From positions 20,026 through 84,025 of the IMG/VR virus record IMGVR_UViG_2718218131_000011: DNA of 64,000 nucleotides; one strand, 5' to 3'. This document shows positions 41,649-52,239 of the stretch, piece by piece. Source of the stretch: a virus (Duplodnaviria > Heunggongvirae > Uroviricota > Caudoviricetes). Position 1 is the first letter of the stretch, and the number at the start of each line of letters is the position of its first letter. The notes below the pieces were generated by a model that did no database searches, was not told where the DNA came from, and worked only from the letters and a program-made list of their open reading frames with translations. Position numbers and translations under genes: made by a program.

Positions 41649-41933
41649 CTAACTTACCTGAACCAGGCCGTCTCCGGACGCTACGGTAGATCCGCATGAA
41701 ACAGGGTCACCAACGCATACGATCCCTTTACCATTGACGGTAAACCATGCCCTGGTTGATATAGCTTGCCCACCGTGCGTACTGTTTCCATCGGTATGCT
41801 GTGCATATTGCTTACCATCAACTAATACTTCGACTCCGTTGACTTTAAGTAGTGGTTCACTCTCTACAGGAGGCCTGGATGGGAATCCTCCGTGCCCCGA
41901 ACAAATGCTGTCTTTTGTTGCAATACTTGCCAC
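41649..41933 (-). CDS. small Cys/His/Gly-rich protein, possibly PAAR-like
   Basis: 94 aa with CSGHGG, THGG, VCVGDPVSCGS motifs. Confidence 0.35.
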   Translation of the reverse strand: MASIATKDSICSGHGGFPSRPPVESEPLLKVNGVEVLVDGKQYAQHTDGNSTHGGQAISTRAWFTVNGKGIVCVGDPVSCGSTVASGDGLVQVS

Positions 41934-42013
41934 GTCATCACCAATTATTTGCTCTGATTTTCGTTATTTTAACTCAGGTTATTTGTGGTCTACATGGAGT
42001 TCAACTATTGCAA

Positions 42014-42030
42014 AATTGCTCTAATAAATA
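42014..42030 (+). promoter_or_regulatory. C1 repressor operator-like site upstream of uhr-hrdC-dmt
   Basis: ATTGCTCTAATAAATAT, one mismatch to consensus, in a divergent intergenic region. Confidence 0.5.
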
Positions 42031-42103
42031 TTGTTTTTTTATGTCGTATTTTCGGTACCATTCAGCCATCGCCCTTCAATGGGCATTTGTTTGGAGTCGT
42101 CAG

Positions 42104-42388
42104 ATGCAGATGGAGCTAATAAGCCGCAAAGAGTTCGATAGCCGTGTAACCAGCGGTGAACTCGACAACTTGCAGGCTATCAAGGTGAAAGAAGGCTTTT
42201 GCCTCATTGGGAATCAGAGCGGAACAAATCGCGTTTTTATGCTTCGCCGTACGGATTTGAAGCCATTTGTCTGGAAGAACGAAATTGGTCCCAGCTCATA
42301 CGCTCAAACGAGGGGGTGCCACAACCTGGCCTTTTTCTACAAAGACGAGCTTTCTGTGGTTGATATTCAAGGGTTACAACATGTTTAA
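42104..42388 (+). CDS. uhr: Uhr-like small protein
   Basis: Start at ATG 42104 with GGAG RBS (ORF-track 5' extension rejected); 94 aa; upstream of hrdC. Confidence 0.45.
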   Translation: MQMELISRKEFDSRVTSGELDNLQAIKVKEGFCLIGNQSGTNRVFMLRRTDLKPFVWKNEIGPSSYAQTRGCHNLAFFYKDELSVVDIQGLQHV

Positions 42389-43286
42389 GCACTGGAAAAA
42401 CATTACTATTTATAAACTTTCTCGTGAGGCGGATCTGACCGACTTAGAAGATAAAAAGAAAATGATCCTTTTCACGCCATGCGGTAGTCAGGATATGGCC
42501 AAGTTCGGTTTTGTATCTCCATTTGGTGATAATTCCGAAGTTATCGCTATGCATGGAAATGGTTTTATCCTTGTTGAAGCAAAGCGCGAAACAAAAATTC
42601 TTCCCCCGCCGGTTATCCAGCGAGCTATTCAAGAAAAAATTGAAAAACTTGAGCAAGAACAAGCGCGTAAACTGAAGAAAACAGAGAAGGACTCCCTGAA
42701 AGACGAAGTTCTGCATTCTCTTCTGCCACGGGCTTTTTCAAAGTTTTCTGTTATCCAGGCGATCTACGACGGTTCAACTAAACGTATCTATATCAATGCC
42801 AGCGCGCGGCAGGCAGAGGATATGCTCGCGCTTATGCGTAAGTCTCTGGGTTCTCTTCCTGTTGTTCCCCTGAGTGTTGAAAATCCCATTGAATTAACGC
42901 TGACCGACTGGGTACGTGATGGTAGTGCTCCACAGGGATTTCAAATGGGGGATGCGGCAGAACTTAAGGCAGTGCTTGAGGATGGCGGTATTGCCCGAGT
43001 GAAAAAGCAGGATTTGGGAAGCGATGAAATTTCCACACACCTGGAAGCTGGCAAGCTCGTCACTAAGTTGGCACTCGACTGGCAGAACCGCATTAAATTT
43101 ACACTGGACCATAACTTCAGCCTTACCAGCGTCAAATTTGCGGATGAATTGCTTGAGCAGAACTCTGATATTGATAGTGAAGATGTTGCGCAGCGACTGG
43201 ACGCAGATTTCTTCCTGTTGACCAGTGAAATTTCGTGCCTGGTTGATGCTCTGGTAAATGCCCTTGGTGGAGAGGCTAAGCAGTGA
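42381..43286 (+). CDS. hrdC: RdgC-like recombination-associated protein
   Basis: Start [16 protein letters not shown]; [66 protein letters not shown] near-identical in pattern to E. coli RdgC. Confidence 0.85.
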   Translation: MFKHWKNITIYKLSREADLTDLEDKKKMILFTPCGSQDMAKFGFVSPFGDNSEVIAMHGNGFILVEAKRETKILPPPVIQRAIQEKIEKLEQEQARKLKKTEKDSLKDEVLHSLLPRAFSKFSVIQAIYDGSTKRIYINASARQAEDMLALMRKSLGSLPVVPLSVENPIELTLTDWVRDGSAPQGFQMGDAAELKAVLEDGGIARVKKQDLGSDEISTHLEAGKLVTKLALDWQNRIKFTLDHNFSLTSVKFADELLEQNSDIDSEDVAQRLDADFFLLTSEISCLVDALVNALGGEAKQ

Positions 43287-45547
43287 AAGAGCTGTGCTAT
43301 GGATCTGTTTGCAGTGGAATTGAAGCCGCGAGTATTGCCTGGGAACCGTTGGGTATGCGTCCGGCGTGGTTTGCTGAAATCGAGCCTTTTCCATCTGCCG
43401 TTCTTGCGCACCGCTGGCCCCATGTCGCCAACCTTGGCGACATGACAAAACTTGCCAAAAAAGTCCTGGCTGGGGAAATCGAATCCCCTGATGTGCTCGT
43501 CGGGGGTACGCCTTGTCAGGCATTCAGTATCGCGGGCTTACGTGGTGGGCTTGATGATGAACGCGGCGCGCTAACTTTGAAGTATGTGGAGCTTGCAAAT
43601 GCAATTGACGACAAACGGTCTGAGTCCTTCCTCAAACCGACAGTTATCGTCTGGGAAAATGTCCCAGGAGTCCTGTCATCGGCAGATAACGCCTTCGGAT
43701 GTTTCCTTGCCGGATTGGCTGGAGAAGATGCGCCATTTGAACCAGGTGATCGACCTGAATCAGGAAAAAGTAACGCGTTCTGGCGGTGGGATGGCAAAAC
43801 CGGTTGCCATGCTCCAAAGTGGCCGCAGTGTGGTTGTATTTATGGACCGCAGCGAAAGGTGGCCTGGAGAATCCTTGATGCCCAATACTTCGGAGTGGCA
43901 CAACGACGCCGACGCGTGTTTGTTGTCGCAAGTGCTCGAACAGACCTCGATCCCGCAACGGTACTTTTTGAGTTCGAAGGCGTGCGCCGGAATATTGCGC
44001 CGAGCCGAAAAAAGAAGGAAATCGCTTCCGCCATTATTGCAAATGGCGCTGCAATCAGTGGCGAAAGCCTAAATCCATGCCTACACGCTGACATGCCACC
44101 CGGTATGAAATCGACGAAAGCCGTAAACGCTTTCAGGATGGCAGCATTTGGGGAATATATTGACGATGAAACCGCATCGACAGTAAAGGCAAGAGATTTT
44201 AAAGATGCCACTGACCTTGCCGTTTTTAGCAGCACAGGAGCAGGTTTTTGGTCAGAAGGGCATGGTACATTGCGGGCACGTGAGCAAGAAAGCCATGAGC
44301 ATCTTGTTACATTGGCTTTTCCTGAGCGTATGAGCGGTACACAACATGCTGCAACTAAGAATACTTCACCATCTCTAATGGCTAAAAATCCAACAGCTGT
44401 TTGCTATGAAGTAAGAAACGCAGAAGTAGCTGTCCGCCGTCTTACCCCTGTCGAATGTGAAAGGCTGCAAGGTTTTCCTGATGGGCATACGTTGATCCCG
44501 ACGGAAAAGCGTAAAAAAGTTAATTCAGATGAACTGGCATATCTTCGCAATCACTATCCAGATTTAAGCGAAGAAGAGGCCGCGATGCTTGCAGCTGACG
44601 GACCGCGTTACAAAGCGATCGGCAATAGTATGGCAATACCAGTAATGCGCTGGATTGGCGATCGGATTACTAAGGCCGTATGTCGGCAGAAAGAAGGAAG
44701 TGAAACAAAAGAGCGAAAAGTTAAACCAGCGGCAGAATTCGAACGGTCCATATTCAAATGGGCTGGTGGAAAATTTGGTGTTCTGGAACAAATCTTTCGC
44801 TATTTGCCAGAAGGGAAGCGCCTGATTGAACCTTTCGTTGGTGGCGGAGCTGTCTTCATGAATGCCGGATACCAGGAAAATCTGCTAAATGATGTGAATG
44901 CTGACCTGATTAACTTTTACAAGACTCTGCAACGCGAGGCGCATTCACTTATCACTCTGGCACATCGTTTCTTCCAGGACTACAACACACAGGAAGGATA
45001 CCTGGCAGTACGGAATGCGTTTAACAAACAAGTCTATGATGATTTACATCGCGCAGCGGCGTTTTTGTTCCTGAACCGACATTGTTTTAATGGATTGACG
45101 CGCTACAACCAGGCCGGTGAGTTCAATGTCGGGTATGGGAAGTATAAGTCTACGCATTTTCCATTACAGGAGATGGAAGCCTTCCTCGGTGCGGAAGGGC
45201 GGTCTGAGTTTCTATGCGGTGATTTTGCAGCGGTGATTGAAGCTGCCGGAGAAGGAGATGTCATCTTTTGCGATCCGCCGTATGAACCGCTCCCCAATAC
45301 AGAGGGGTTCACGAACTATTCCGGTCATGACTTTAAGTTTGAAGAGCAAAAACGCCTGGTGTCTCTGTTGACGGATGCTCATCGCCGAGGTGCAAAGGTT
45401 CTCATTACTAACAGTGGCGCGCCAAACATCAGAGAACTTTATCAGGACAGTGGCTTCAGAGTGGAACCTCTTTTTGCCAGACGTTCTGTGTCTTGTAAGG
45501 GAGACACTCGTGGTGTTGCTCATGACGTTATAGCAATATTGCTCTAA
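43283..45547 (+). CDS. dmt: bifunctional DNA methyltransferase Dmt (N-terminal C5-cytosine MTase, C-terminal Dam-like N6-adenine MTase)
   Basis: 754 aa; [12 protein letters not shown] and ENV motifs in N-terminal half; Dam-like motifs including DPPYEP in C-terminal half; GTG start overlapping hrdC stop. Confidence 0.85.
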   Translation: MKELCYGSVCSGIEAASIAWEPLGMRPAWFAEIEPFPSAVLAHRWPHVANLGDMTKLAKKVLAGEIESPDVLVGGTPCQAFSIAGLRGGLDDERGALTLKYVELANAIDDKRSESFLKPTVIVWENVPGVLSSADNAFGCFLAGLAGEDAPFEPGDRPESGKSNAFWRWDGKTGCHAPKWPQCGCIYGPQRKVAWRILDAQYFGVAQRRRRVFVVASARTDLDPATVLFEFEGVRRNIAPSRKKKEIASAIIANGAAISGESLNPCLHADMPPGMKSTKAVNAFRMAAFGEYIDDETASTVKARDFKDATDLAVFSSTGAGFWSEGHGTLRAREQESHEHLVTLAFPERMSGTQHAATKNTSPSLMAKNPTAVCYEVRNAEVAVRRLTPVECERLQGFPDGHTLIPTEKRKKVNSDELAYLRNHYPDLSEEEAAMLAADGPRYKAIGNSMAIPVMRWIGDRITKAVCRQKEGSETKERKVKPAAEFERSIFKWAGGKFGVLEQIFRYLPEGKRLIEPFVGGGAVFMNAGYQENLLNDVNADLINFYKTLQREAHSLITLAHRFFQDYNTQEGYLAVRNAFNKQVYDDLHRAAAFLFLNRHCFNGLTRYNQAGEFNVGYGKYKSTHFPLQEMEAFLGAEGRSEFLCGDFAAVIEAAGEGDVIFCDPPYEPLPNTEGFTNYSGHDFKFEEQKRLVSLLTDAHRRGAKVLITNSGAPNIRELYQDSGFRVEPLFARRSVSCKGDTRGVAHDVIAILL

Positions 45548-45554
45548 TAGATAT
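45538..45554 (+). promoter_or_regulatory. C1 operator-like site at the dmt 3' end / accessory-region junction
   Basis: ATTGCTCTAATAGATAT, two mismatches to consensus. Confidence 0.35.
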
Positions 45555-45732
45555 ATTAGTGTAATATCGAATCAATGAATCGTGATTTTTAGAGCGATTT
45601 AGCTGTTAGCCGCGACAGGCGCGGCGGTAAGCATGGCTGGGCCTAGTCCTCCCAGACAAACCACCGAGTTGCCAGGTTGACCATGCGCCTAAGTGGCAAC
45701 TCCGAAGTGCGTAACGAGCTTCCATCCAGTTT

Positions 45733-45758
45733 GCCCATCTTCGGGTGGGCGTTTTTTT
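45733..45758 (+). terminator. intrinsic terminator
   Basis: GCCCATCTTCGGGTGGGC hairpin followed by TTTTTTT. Confidence 0.65.
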
Positions 45759-45911
45759 CAGGGGTTTCGTCATGGTTAGCGACTTTGCGGCGGTTTAGCG
45801 AAAAACGCCGTAAACCCTCGCCTAATGCGGGCGGGTATATAAGGCGAAAAGCCAACAGGGCTTTAAAAAAATCATTACGGTGTTAGCATAAAAAGCCTGT
45901 ATCAATGAGCG

Positions 45912-47087
45912 GTGACTATGTTAAGAGCAACAAAAGTACGCATTTACCCGACACCAGAACAGGCAGAGTACCTCAATGCCCAGTTCGGTGCAGTGCGCTT
46001 TGCGTACAACAAAGCTCTTCACATCAAAAAACATGCTTACCAGCGACATGGAGTAAATTTAAGTCCGCGTAACGATCTGAAACCGCTGCTTGCAGTGGCA
46101 AAGAAATCCCGCAGGTATGGATGGCTTAAAGAATATGATTCTATTGCGTTGCAACAGGCGGTAATTAATCTTGATGTGGCATTTTCCAACTTTTTTAATC
46201 CGAAGCTGAAAGCGCGGTTCCCGACGTTTAAACGTAAACACGGAAAACAATCGAGCTATCACTGTGTCGGGATTAAGGTGCTGGATAATGCCATCAAAAT
46301 CCCAAAACTGTCCCTAATAGAAGCACGCCTTCACCGTGAACTTCATGGAAAGCTGAAAAGCATCACTATCACCTGTTCAGCAACGGGGAAATACTATGCT
46401 TCAATTCTCTGTGATGATGGCATGGAAGCTCCGGCAAAACCCACGTTGATATCAACAGTTACTGGCCTAGATATGGGATTATCGCACTTTGCCATCAAGT
46501 CTGATGGGGTAAAAATTGCAAATCCCCGCCATCTCATCAATGCCAGCCGTAATCTGCGACGCAAACAAAAAGCCTTATCCCGCAAGCAAAAGGGAAGCGC
46601 GAATCGTAAAAAGGCCACAATCCGTCTGGCAGCGTTACACGAACGGGTGGCTAATGCCCGTGCTGATTTTCAACACAAGCTCTCTCGTGCAATTGTTGAC
46701 GAAAACCAAGCGGTAATTGTCGAGATGCTGAAAACAGCCAACATGATGAAAAACCACAATCTGGCAAGAGCGATAGGTGATGCAGGCTGGCATAGCTTCA
46801 TCACAAAGCTGGAGTACAAGGCAGCGGAAAAAGGCGTTCACCTAGTAAAACTCGACCAGTGGTTTGCCAGTTCGAAAGCCTGCTATTGTTGTGGTTACAA
46901 AATGCCGGAAATGCCGCTTCATAAACGCATCTGGCGATGCCCTGAATGTGGAGCAGAGCACGACCGCGATATCAATGCGGCACTCAACATCCGGCAAAAA
47001 GGAATACTGGAACTACAGGCGGCGGGACTCGTCGTCTCCGCCCATGGAGGCCAGCGTAAATCCGTCGCACAGACGGTTGTGGCATGA
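45912..47087 (+). CDS. tnpB: TnpB (OrfB) RNA-guided nuclease-type transposon protein, IS200/IS605 family
   Basis: 391 aa; N-terminal MLRATKVRIYPTPEQ...YNKAL; C-terminal zinc finger CYCCG...CPECG with RuvC-like region. Confidence 0.85.
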   Translation: MTMLRATKVRIYPTPEQAEYLNAQFGAVRFAYNKALHIKKHAYQRHGVNLSPRNDLKPLLAVAKKSRRYGWLKEYDSIALQQAVINLDVAFSNFFNPKLKARFPTFKRKHGKQSSYHCVGIKVLDNAIKIPKLSLIEARLHRELHGKLKSITITCSATGKYYASILCDDGMEAPAKPTLISTVTGLDMGLSHFAIKSDGVKIANPRHLINASRNLRRKQKALSRKQKGSANRKKATIRLAALHERVANARADFQHKLSRAIVDENQAVIVEMLKTANMMKNHNLARAIGDAGWHSFITKLEYKAAEKGVHLVKLDQWFASSKACYCCGYKMPEMPLHKRIWRCPECGAEHDRDINAALNIRQKGILELQAAGLVVSAHGGQRKSVAQTVVA

Positions 47088-47776
47088 GAAGTGGGAAGCC
47101 TCGCCCGACAGGGCGGGGAGCAGTCACAAACTGACCATTAAAGTAAATGCAAACGATGATCTGATGATGGTTGCGGCCTAAGAAGCCTGACACCACGGGG
47201 TTGTCCCCGTCTGTGTATTAGGGAACGAGGAGGCATAACAGGCAGGGGCGCTGGTTTGATTAACCAGATGAACGAGAAGGGGCCATCTTCTGGTCAGCGT
47301 CCTTACCTGTTACGTCCTTTTTCATTCAGCGTAACAGCCGGTTCTTAACAGCCTTTGGGTAGAGTTCCTCGTATTTACGAGTATATTCCGTCATGCTGAA
47401 GGCGCTAATCACGCTGGAAGCTAGGGGGGGATCCCCTGTTACCGAATTGCAGCCAGGGCGCGGGTGTAGTGGTTTATTGATTGTTACGGCGCATTCTGGG
47501 CTGTACTAAATTTCTGCGCCTAATACTACTACACTTGCCGTTTACTGATGTGTGGTATGTTGCATATGGGCAACTGCAAAATGGCATCTGAATCGATCGC
47601 AGTTTGGCATTCGAATCGATCATGATTTGGCATCCATCTCCGATCACAGTTTGGCATCACAATCGATCACGATTTGGCATGCTTCCGATCATTGATTGGC
47701 ATCCTGCCAGTCACTCCGGGAATTAACTCTTTTCACCACAGTCTCCATTGCCGTGTTTAAACCAGTGGAGACGTCA

Positions 47777-49342
47777 ATGTCCAGAAAGAGAAAATCCAGG
47801 AGCACTATGGAAACCTGTTTTAAGATTCTTCAGCTCAAGTTCGACAAGAAGCTGACTAACCGTTGTATCGGACTGACGTTACACATCAGCGCCTCAACCG
47901 TTTTTGAGGTTCTTGCCCGCTTCAAAGCCTCTTCTCTGTCATGGCCATTACCTGCTGATATATCCCATGACACGCTGGAGAAACTCATTTTTCCGCCCAA
48001 AGACACCTTTGCATCAGAGCTTGTAATGCCTGACATGTTGTACCTCGATACGGAAATGAGAAAACCAGGTGTGACGCGGCAACTGTTGTGGATGGAATAC
48101 AAGGCACAGGCGGGTAACAAAGCGATGGGATACTCGCACTTCTGCCGTTGCTACCGGGAGTGGAAAAAAACGCGACGTCTCTCCATGCGCCAGGAGCATC
48201 GTGCCGGCGAAAAGCTTTTTATCGACTTCTGTGGTCCTACGGTTCCTGTTATTAATCCGGACACCGGTGAGATACGCCGCGTGGCAATCTTCGTGGCCGT
48301 AATGGGGGCGTCCAACTATACCTACGTTGAAGCGTGCGAAGGTCAGGACATGATGTCATGGTTAAATGCCCACAGCCGTTGCCTGACCTTCCTGGGCGGC
48401 GTACCGAAGCTGCTCATCCCCGATAACCTCAGAAGCGCAGTGAAAAAGGCCGATCGATATGAGCCTGTCATCAACGACAGTTATCAGGCACTGGCTGAGC
48501 ACTATGGCACGGTTATCATCCCGGCCCGACCACGCAAACCTAAAGATAAACCAAAAGCAGAAAACGGCGTCCTCATCGTCGAACGATGGCTTCTTGCCCG
48601 CATCCGTAATGAAACCTTCCACACGCTCAGGGCGCTGAATGCGCGCCTTAGGGAGTTACTGACAGACATGAATAACCGGCCAATGAAGGGGTACGGCAAT
48701 CAAACCCGTGCAGAACGCTTCCGCATACTGGATGCGCCAGCACTCTCTCCGCTGCCTCTGGCACCTTATGAATACACGGAATACAAAGCTGTGAAGGTTG
48801 GCCCTGACTACCACGTTGAATATGCCCGTCACTGGTACTCCGTTCCACACGAACTGGTCGGTCAGCGTCTGTCACTGAAGGCGGGGCAGTCGGTGGTACA
48901 GCTCTGGCACAAGGGGCAGTGTGTGGCGCAACATCCGCGCAGCACACATGAATATAAACACACAACCAATCCGCTTCACATGCCAGAGCGCCACCGGCAG
49001 CACGGGACATGGACACCGGAACGCCTGATCGAGCAGGGAAAACGTACGGGCCCGTCCACAGGCCGGGTGGTTGAATCCATGCTGAAGGCAAAACCCCATC
49101 CGGAACTGGCTTATCGTGCAGTTCTGGGGCTGCTGGCACTTCAGAAAAAATACGGCCCGGAACGGCTGGAAAAGGCCTGTTACGTTGCCCTGCACTATAA
49201 CGCCCCTGACAGACGCTTTATCGACAATCTGCTGCGTCACCATCGGGAGAACCTGGAGCTTCCATTATCCCGCCAGGGCGAACAACATCCGGCATATGCT
49301 TCAGAGCATGAAAACCTGCGTGGTCCGGGCTACTACCACTGA
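47777..49342 (+). CDS. istA: IS21-family transposase IstA
   Basis: Start at MSRKRK with GGAG RBS; HTH N-terminus and DDE-type core. Confidence 0.85.
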   Translation: MSRKRKSRSTMETCFKILQLKFDKKLTNRCIGLTLHISASTVFEVLARFKASSLSWPLPADISHDTLEKLIFPPKDTFASELVMPDMLYLDTEMRKPGVTRQLLWMEYKAQAGNKAMGYSHFCRCYREWKKTRRLSMRQEHRAGEKLFIDFCGPTVPVINPDTGEIRRVAIFVAVMGASNYTYVEACEGQDMMSWLNAHSRCLTFLGGVPKLLIPDNLRSAVKKADRYEPVINDSYQALAEHYGTVIIPARPRKPKDKPKAENGVLIVERWLLARIRNETFHTLRALNARLRELLTDMNNRPMKGYGNQTRAERFRILDAPALSPLPLAPYEYTEYKAVKVGPDYHVEYARHWYSVPHELVGQRLSLKAGQSVVQLWHKGQCVAQHPRSTHEYKHTTNPLHMPERHRQHGTWTPERLIEQGKRTGPSTGRVVESMLKAKPHPELAYRAVLGLLALQKKYGPERLEKACYVALHYNAPDRRFIDNLLRHHRENLELPLSRQGEQHPAYASEHENLRGPGYYH

Positions 49343-49358
49343 CAGAAGGAACAACAGT

Positions 49359-50114
49359 ATGAGTGATAACCTGTTAAACAAACTGACCCAACTGAAACTC
49401 CCGGCGATGGCCGGGAGCCTGATACGGCAGCGGGAAACGCCTCAGACCTACGACGAACTGTCGTTCGAGGAAAGGCTGACGCTGCTGGTTGATGACGAGC
49501 TTCTGAGCAGGGAAAACAGCCGTGTGGCACGGTTGAGAAAAAATGCCGGCCTGAAATACCAGGCAACACCGGAAGGGCTGCGCTATCCGGCCTCAAGAGG
49601 TCTGCGGGCTGAACAGATGAGAGAACTGCTGAACGGCCACTACATAACCCACAGGAAAAACCTGCTGATAACCGGTCCGACAGGATGTGGCAAGAGCTGG
49701 ATAGCCAATGCGCTGGGCGAACAGGCATGTCGACAGAAACACAGCGTCCGGTACTGTAGAACCGGGCGATTACTGGAACAACTGGCTCAGGGACGTGTTG
49801 ATGGCAGCTGGCTGAAATATCTGAAACAGTTGCAAAAAATACAGGTTCTAATCCTGGACGATCTGGGGCTGGAACAGTTAAGTAACGCCCAGTGTAATGA
49901 CCTTCTGGAGCTCATAGAGGATCGTTACGGACAAAGCAGCACGATAGTGGTAAGCCAGTTCCCGGTAGATAAATGGCATGGTCTGATGGAGAACCCAACA
50001 ACAGCAGATGCCATCCTGGACAGACTGGTACATAACTCACACCGGGTGGTCCTTCAGGGAGAGTCACTGAGGAAAAATCCCCCGGTAGTGGAAAGCAGCG
50101 AAAAAACGCGTTAA
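49359..50114 (+). CDS. istB: IS21-family helper ATPase IstB
   Basis: Start MSDNLLNKLTQLKLP with AAGGA RBS; Walker A GPTGCGKS; Walker B VLILDDLG. Confidence 0.85.
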   Translation: MSDNLLNKLTQLKLPAMAGSLIRQRETPQTYDELSFEERLTLLVDDELLSRENSRVARLRKNAGLKYQATPEGLRYPASRGLRAEQMRELLNGHYITHRKNLLITGPTGCGKSWIANALGEQACRQKHSVRYCRTGRLLEQLAQGRVDGSWLKYLKQLQKIQVLILDDLGLEQLSNAQCNDLLELIEDRYGQSSTIVVSQFPVDKWHGLMENPTTADAILDRLVHNSHRVVLQGESLRKNPPVVESSEKTR

Positions 50115-50577
50115 AAAGCGGTAGAAAAAGTTAAGTTCCCGGTTGATCGAATGGATGCGAATCGCTGATCGGACTTCGATGCCAATCCGTGATCGAATAG
50201 AGCGGAATACGCAGGCAACACACTCAAGCCTGATGCAGCACGGTCAGGTAGGGGACGCCGACCTAATGTCTCGCCCTGCAAGGGCGGACGAAAGTAGATC
50301 ACTATTCCGCGCAGCTATTTAGAAAGAACAGGTATTGAATTACCTGGAGAACAACTTACTTACGTTTCCGCCACACCTTCGCTAGTTACTTTATGATGAA
50401 TGATGGTAATATTCTGGTATTGTAACGAGTGCTCAGATATACTTACATCTAAATAACAATGATATATGTTCAATTTAACCTTGAATATTTTGTAATGTTA
50501 CACGACTTTAAAATTTAGAAGAAGAGGATTCGGTTGAATCCGATATTAAATCTGAGACAGGAATATAAGGTTACACG

Positions 50578-51513
50578 ATGAAGCTTAAAAAACTACAATC
50601 TCTTGATTTTGTGAATGATTTTATGAGTCACCTAGAAACTGATTTTGAAAAAGAATTATTCACAGCTTGTTTGCGAAATTATGCATCACATGGCAACCCA
50701 TTACGTTTTCATAACTTTGCATTTTCAATTCGCGAGCTAATAAAGCATATTATCGAGAAAAAATCTCCGAATGATAAATTATTACAAGCATCGTGGTATA
50801 AGAGAGAACATGAACATTACGAAATATCTAGAAGACAGCGTTTAAAATACTGTTCTCAAGCTAAAATTTCAGATGCGTACTTGGGGGAAGAGTTCCTGGA
50901 GGAGTCGAATGAAAGAATAGATGAGATGCTTAAGCTTTATTTCTTCTTAAATAAATATACGCATATAACAGAGAAATATATGCATCCATCACCTCAAGAG
51001 TTCTTCCTGAAGGCCAAACAAATACTGCAGATCGCTACAGAAATACTAAATGGTATACATATTTGTAGAGATGAATTAATTCGTACTCTCGAAGATAAAA
51101 TTAGAAATGCAGTTATTGACACGGCGGTAAGCTCTATGCCTGAAAACCTAGTGACTATCGCGAATCATGCGTATGTAGATTACACTGAAGTCGAAGAATT
51201 TGGAATCACGTCGATTGATGATGAGTACATCAATATATATGCTTCCGGTACTGTCTATGTTACTCAAGAATATGGTTCTAGGAATGATGGGGTTAGCCTA
51301 GAAGAAAGTTATCCGTTCACGTTGCACATGGCTTCTCACTTAGACTCTCCTGAAACATTTGAAGTCATATCTGAAGCTTTAGAGGTAGACACTTCATCGT
51401 GGTACGATGATGGGGAGCAGGAGGATCAAATGATGGATATGGAAAGAAATGAAATTCATCGAATATCTGTTGCACCCCCAGACTTTGAGATGGATGACAA
51501 TGTACCATTCTAA
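50578..51513 (+). CDS. hypothetical cargo protein ending in an SSB C-terminal-tail-like peptide
   Basis: 311-aa ORF in AT-rich DNA with AT-rich promoter-like leader; no recognisable catalytic motif; C-terminus VAPPDFEMDDNVPF versus [14 protein letters not shown]. Confidence 0.6.
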   Translation: MKLKKLQSLDFVNDFMSHLETDFEKELFTACLRNYASHGNPLRFHNFAFSIRELIKHIIEKKSPNDKLLQASWYKREHEHYEISRRQRLKYCSQAKISDAYLGEEFLEESNERIDEMLKLYFFLNKYTHITEKYMHPSPQEFFLKAKQILQIATEILNGIHICRDELIRTLEDKIRNAVIDTAVSSMPENLVTIANHAYVDYTEVEEFGITSIDDEYINIYASGTVYVTQEYGSRNDGVSLEESYPFTLHMASHLDSPETFEVISEALEVDTSSWYDDGEQEDQMMDMERNEIHRISVAPPDFEMDDNVPF

Positions 51514-51699
51514 CATAAAGAAACATAGGCTAGTAGCGATGAAGTGCGGTAAAAATGGCTAAAACTAGATAAGTAATGGCAATCTGTGCCAATGAGTAAA
51601 TAACACAACCTATTAGATCTGCATTTATTTTTCAAAGGGATCATAATCGCACAGCCACCGGTTCAAGCCCGGTAGGGGACACCTTATTTGGTAGTTGTA

Positions 51700-52239
51700 C
51701 GGCGTATGGCACATGCGTCGATGAAATCAAAACAGACGATGTGCTGCGTATTTTTGTAGACCACGCTGCATTTGACGTTAGTGGGTTTGATCACTCTTTG
51801 AGTATCCTTATGAACCTTCAGCGCCGACCGTTCCGTATGAGGCCAGAACGTTGATCGATGACGGATTGGTTACCATTGATTCGGGGAATATTTCGGTAAC
51901 CCCATACAGACGGACGCCGGTACCAGCAACCGAATTCGCAGCTGAATTGCGTAAGAGTGACGTTTTTATCGTTACGCATCCCGAAAGCCTTGGATTAACT
52001 GTTCTTGAGGCGGCAATGTGTGGAGCGTTGATATTAACGCTCCACACATTGCCTTCCGCCGGATCGCCTGGATTTGGTGAACCATATGGTTATCAAGTCG
52101 CGGATTGATTGGGATGAGGTTATTGCTCGCGTTGATCGCGTGAAAAATGCTGAAAAGGTCCAGTGTCACACCTGGTCGGCAATCGCGGGAACGATGATTG
52201 AGACGTTTGCCGCGCCGAAATCACTGCGCGGCTTATAAC
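51700..52239 (+). pseudogene. remnant of a GT4-type glycosyltransferase (C-terminal part only, frameshifted)
   Basis: Frame fragments ...SDVFIVTHPESLGLTVLEAAMCGA... then in another frame ...DLVNHMVIKSRIDWDEVIARVDRVKNAEKVQCHTWSAIAGTMIETFAAPKSLRGL*; no N-terminal domain; interrupted by a palindrome. Confidence 0.5.
52012..52053. repeat. 42-bp perfect palindrome inside the glycosyltransferase remnant
   Basis: GGCAATGTGTGGAGCGTT-GATATT-AACGCTCCACACATTGCC (18-bp arms). Confidence 0.9.

Larger units (their letters stand above)
45600..47250 (+). mobile_element. IS200/IS605-family element carrying tnpB only (no tnpA); boundaries approximate
   Basis: Hairpin-rich left flank, 391-aa TnpB, structured 3' region overlapping and following the tnpB stop. 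Confidence 0.5.
47548..50224 (+). mobile_element. IS21-family insertion sequence (istA-istB) with multi-repeat termini; boundaries approximate
   Basis: Left end: ~6 TTTGGCAT..CGATC repeats; right end: inverted copies (GATCGGACTTCGATGCCAA); TGTGT-like termini; possible CTGATG flanking duplication. Confidence 0.7.

Noticed and set aside
42267-42380. N-terminal extension of hrdC in the ORF track
   Set aside because: RdgC homology begins at MFKHWKN; the extension overlaps uhr.
47560-47700. TTTGGCAT..CGATC repeat array that could be iterons or a mini-CRISPR
   Set aside because: Inverted copies occur after istB, so these are interpreted as IS21-family terminal multi-repeats.
51640-51690. Possible tRNA gene
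   Set aside because: Only a T-arm and 3' acceptor strand are recognisable; no complementary 5' acceptor strand or anticodon arm. Treated as a fragment.
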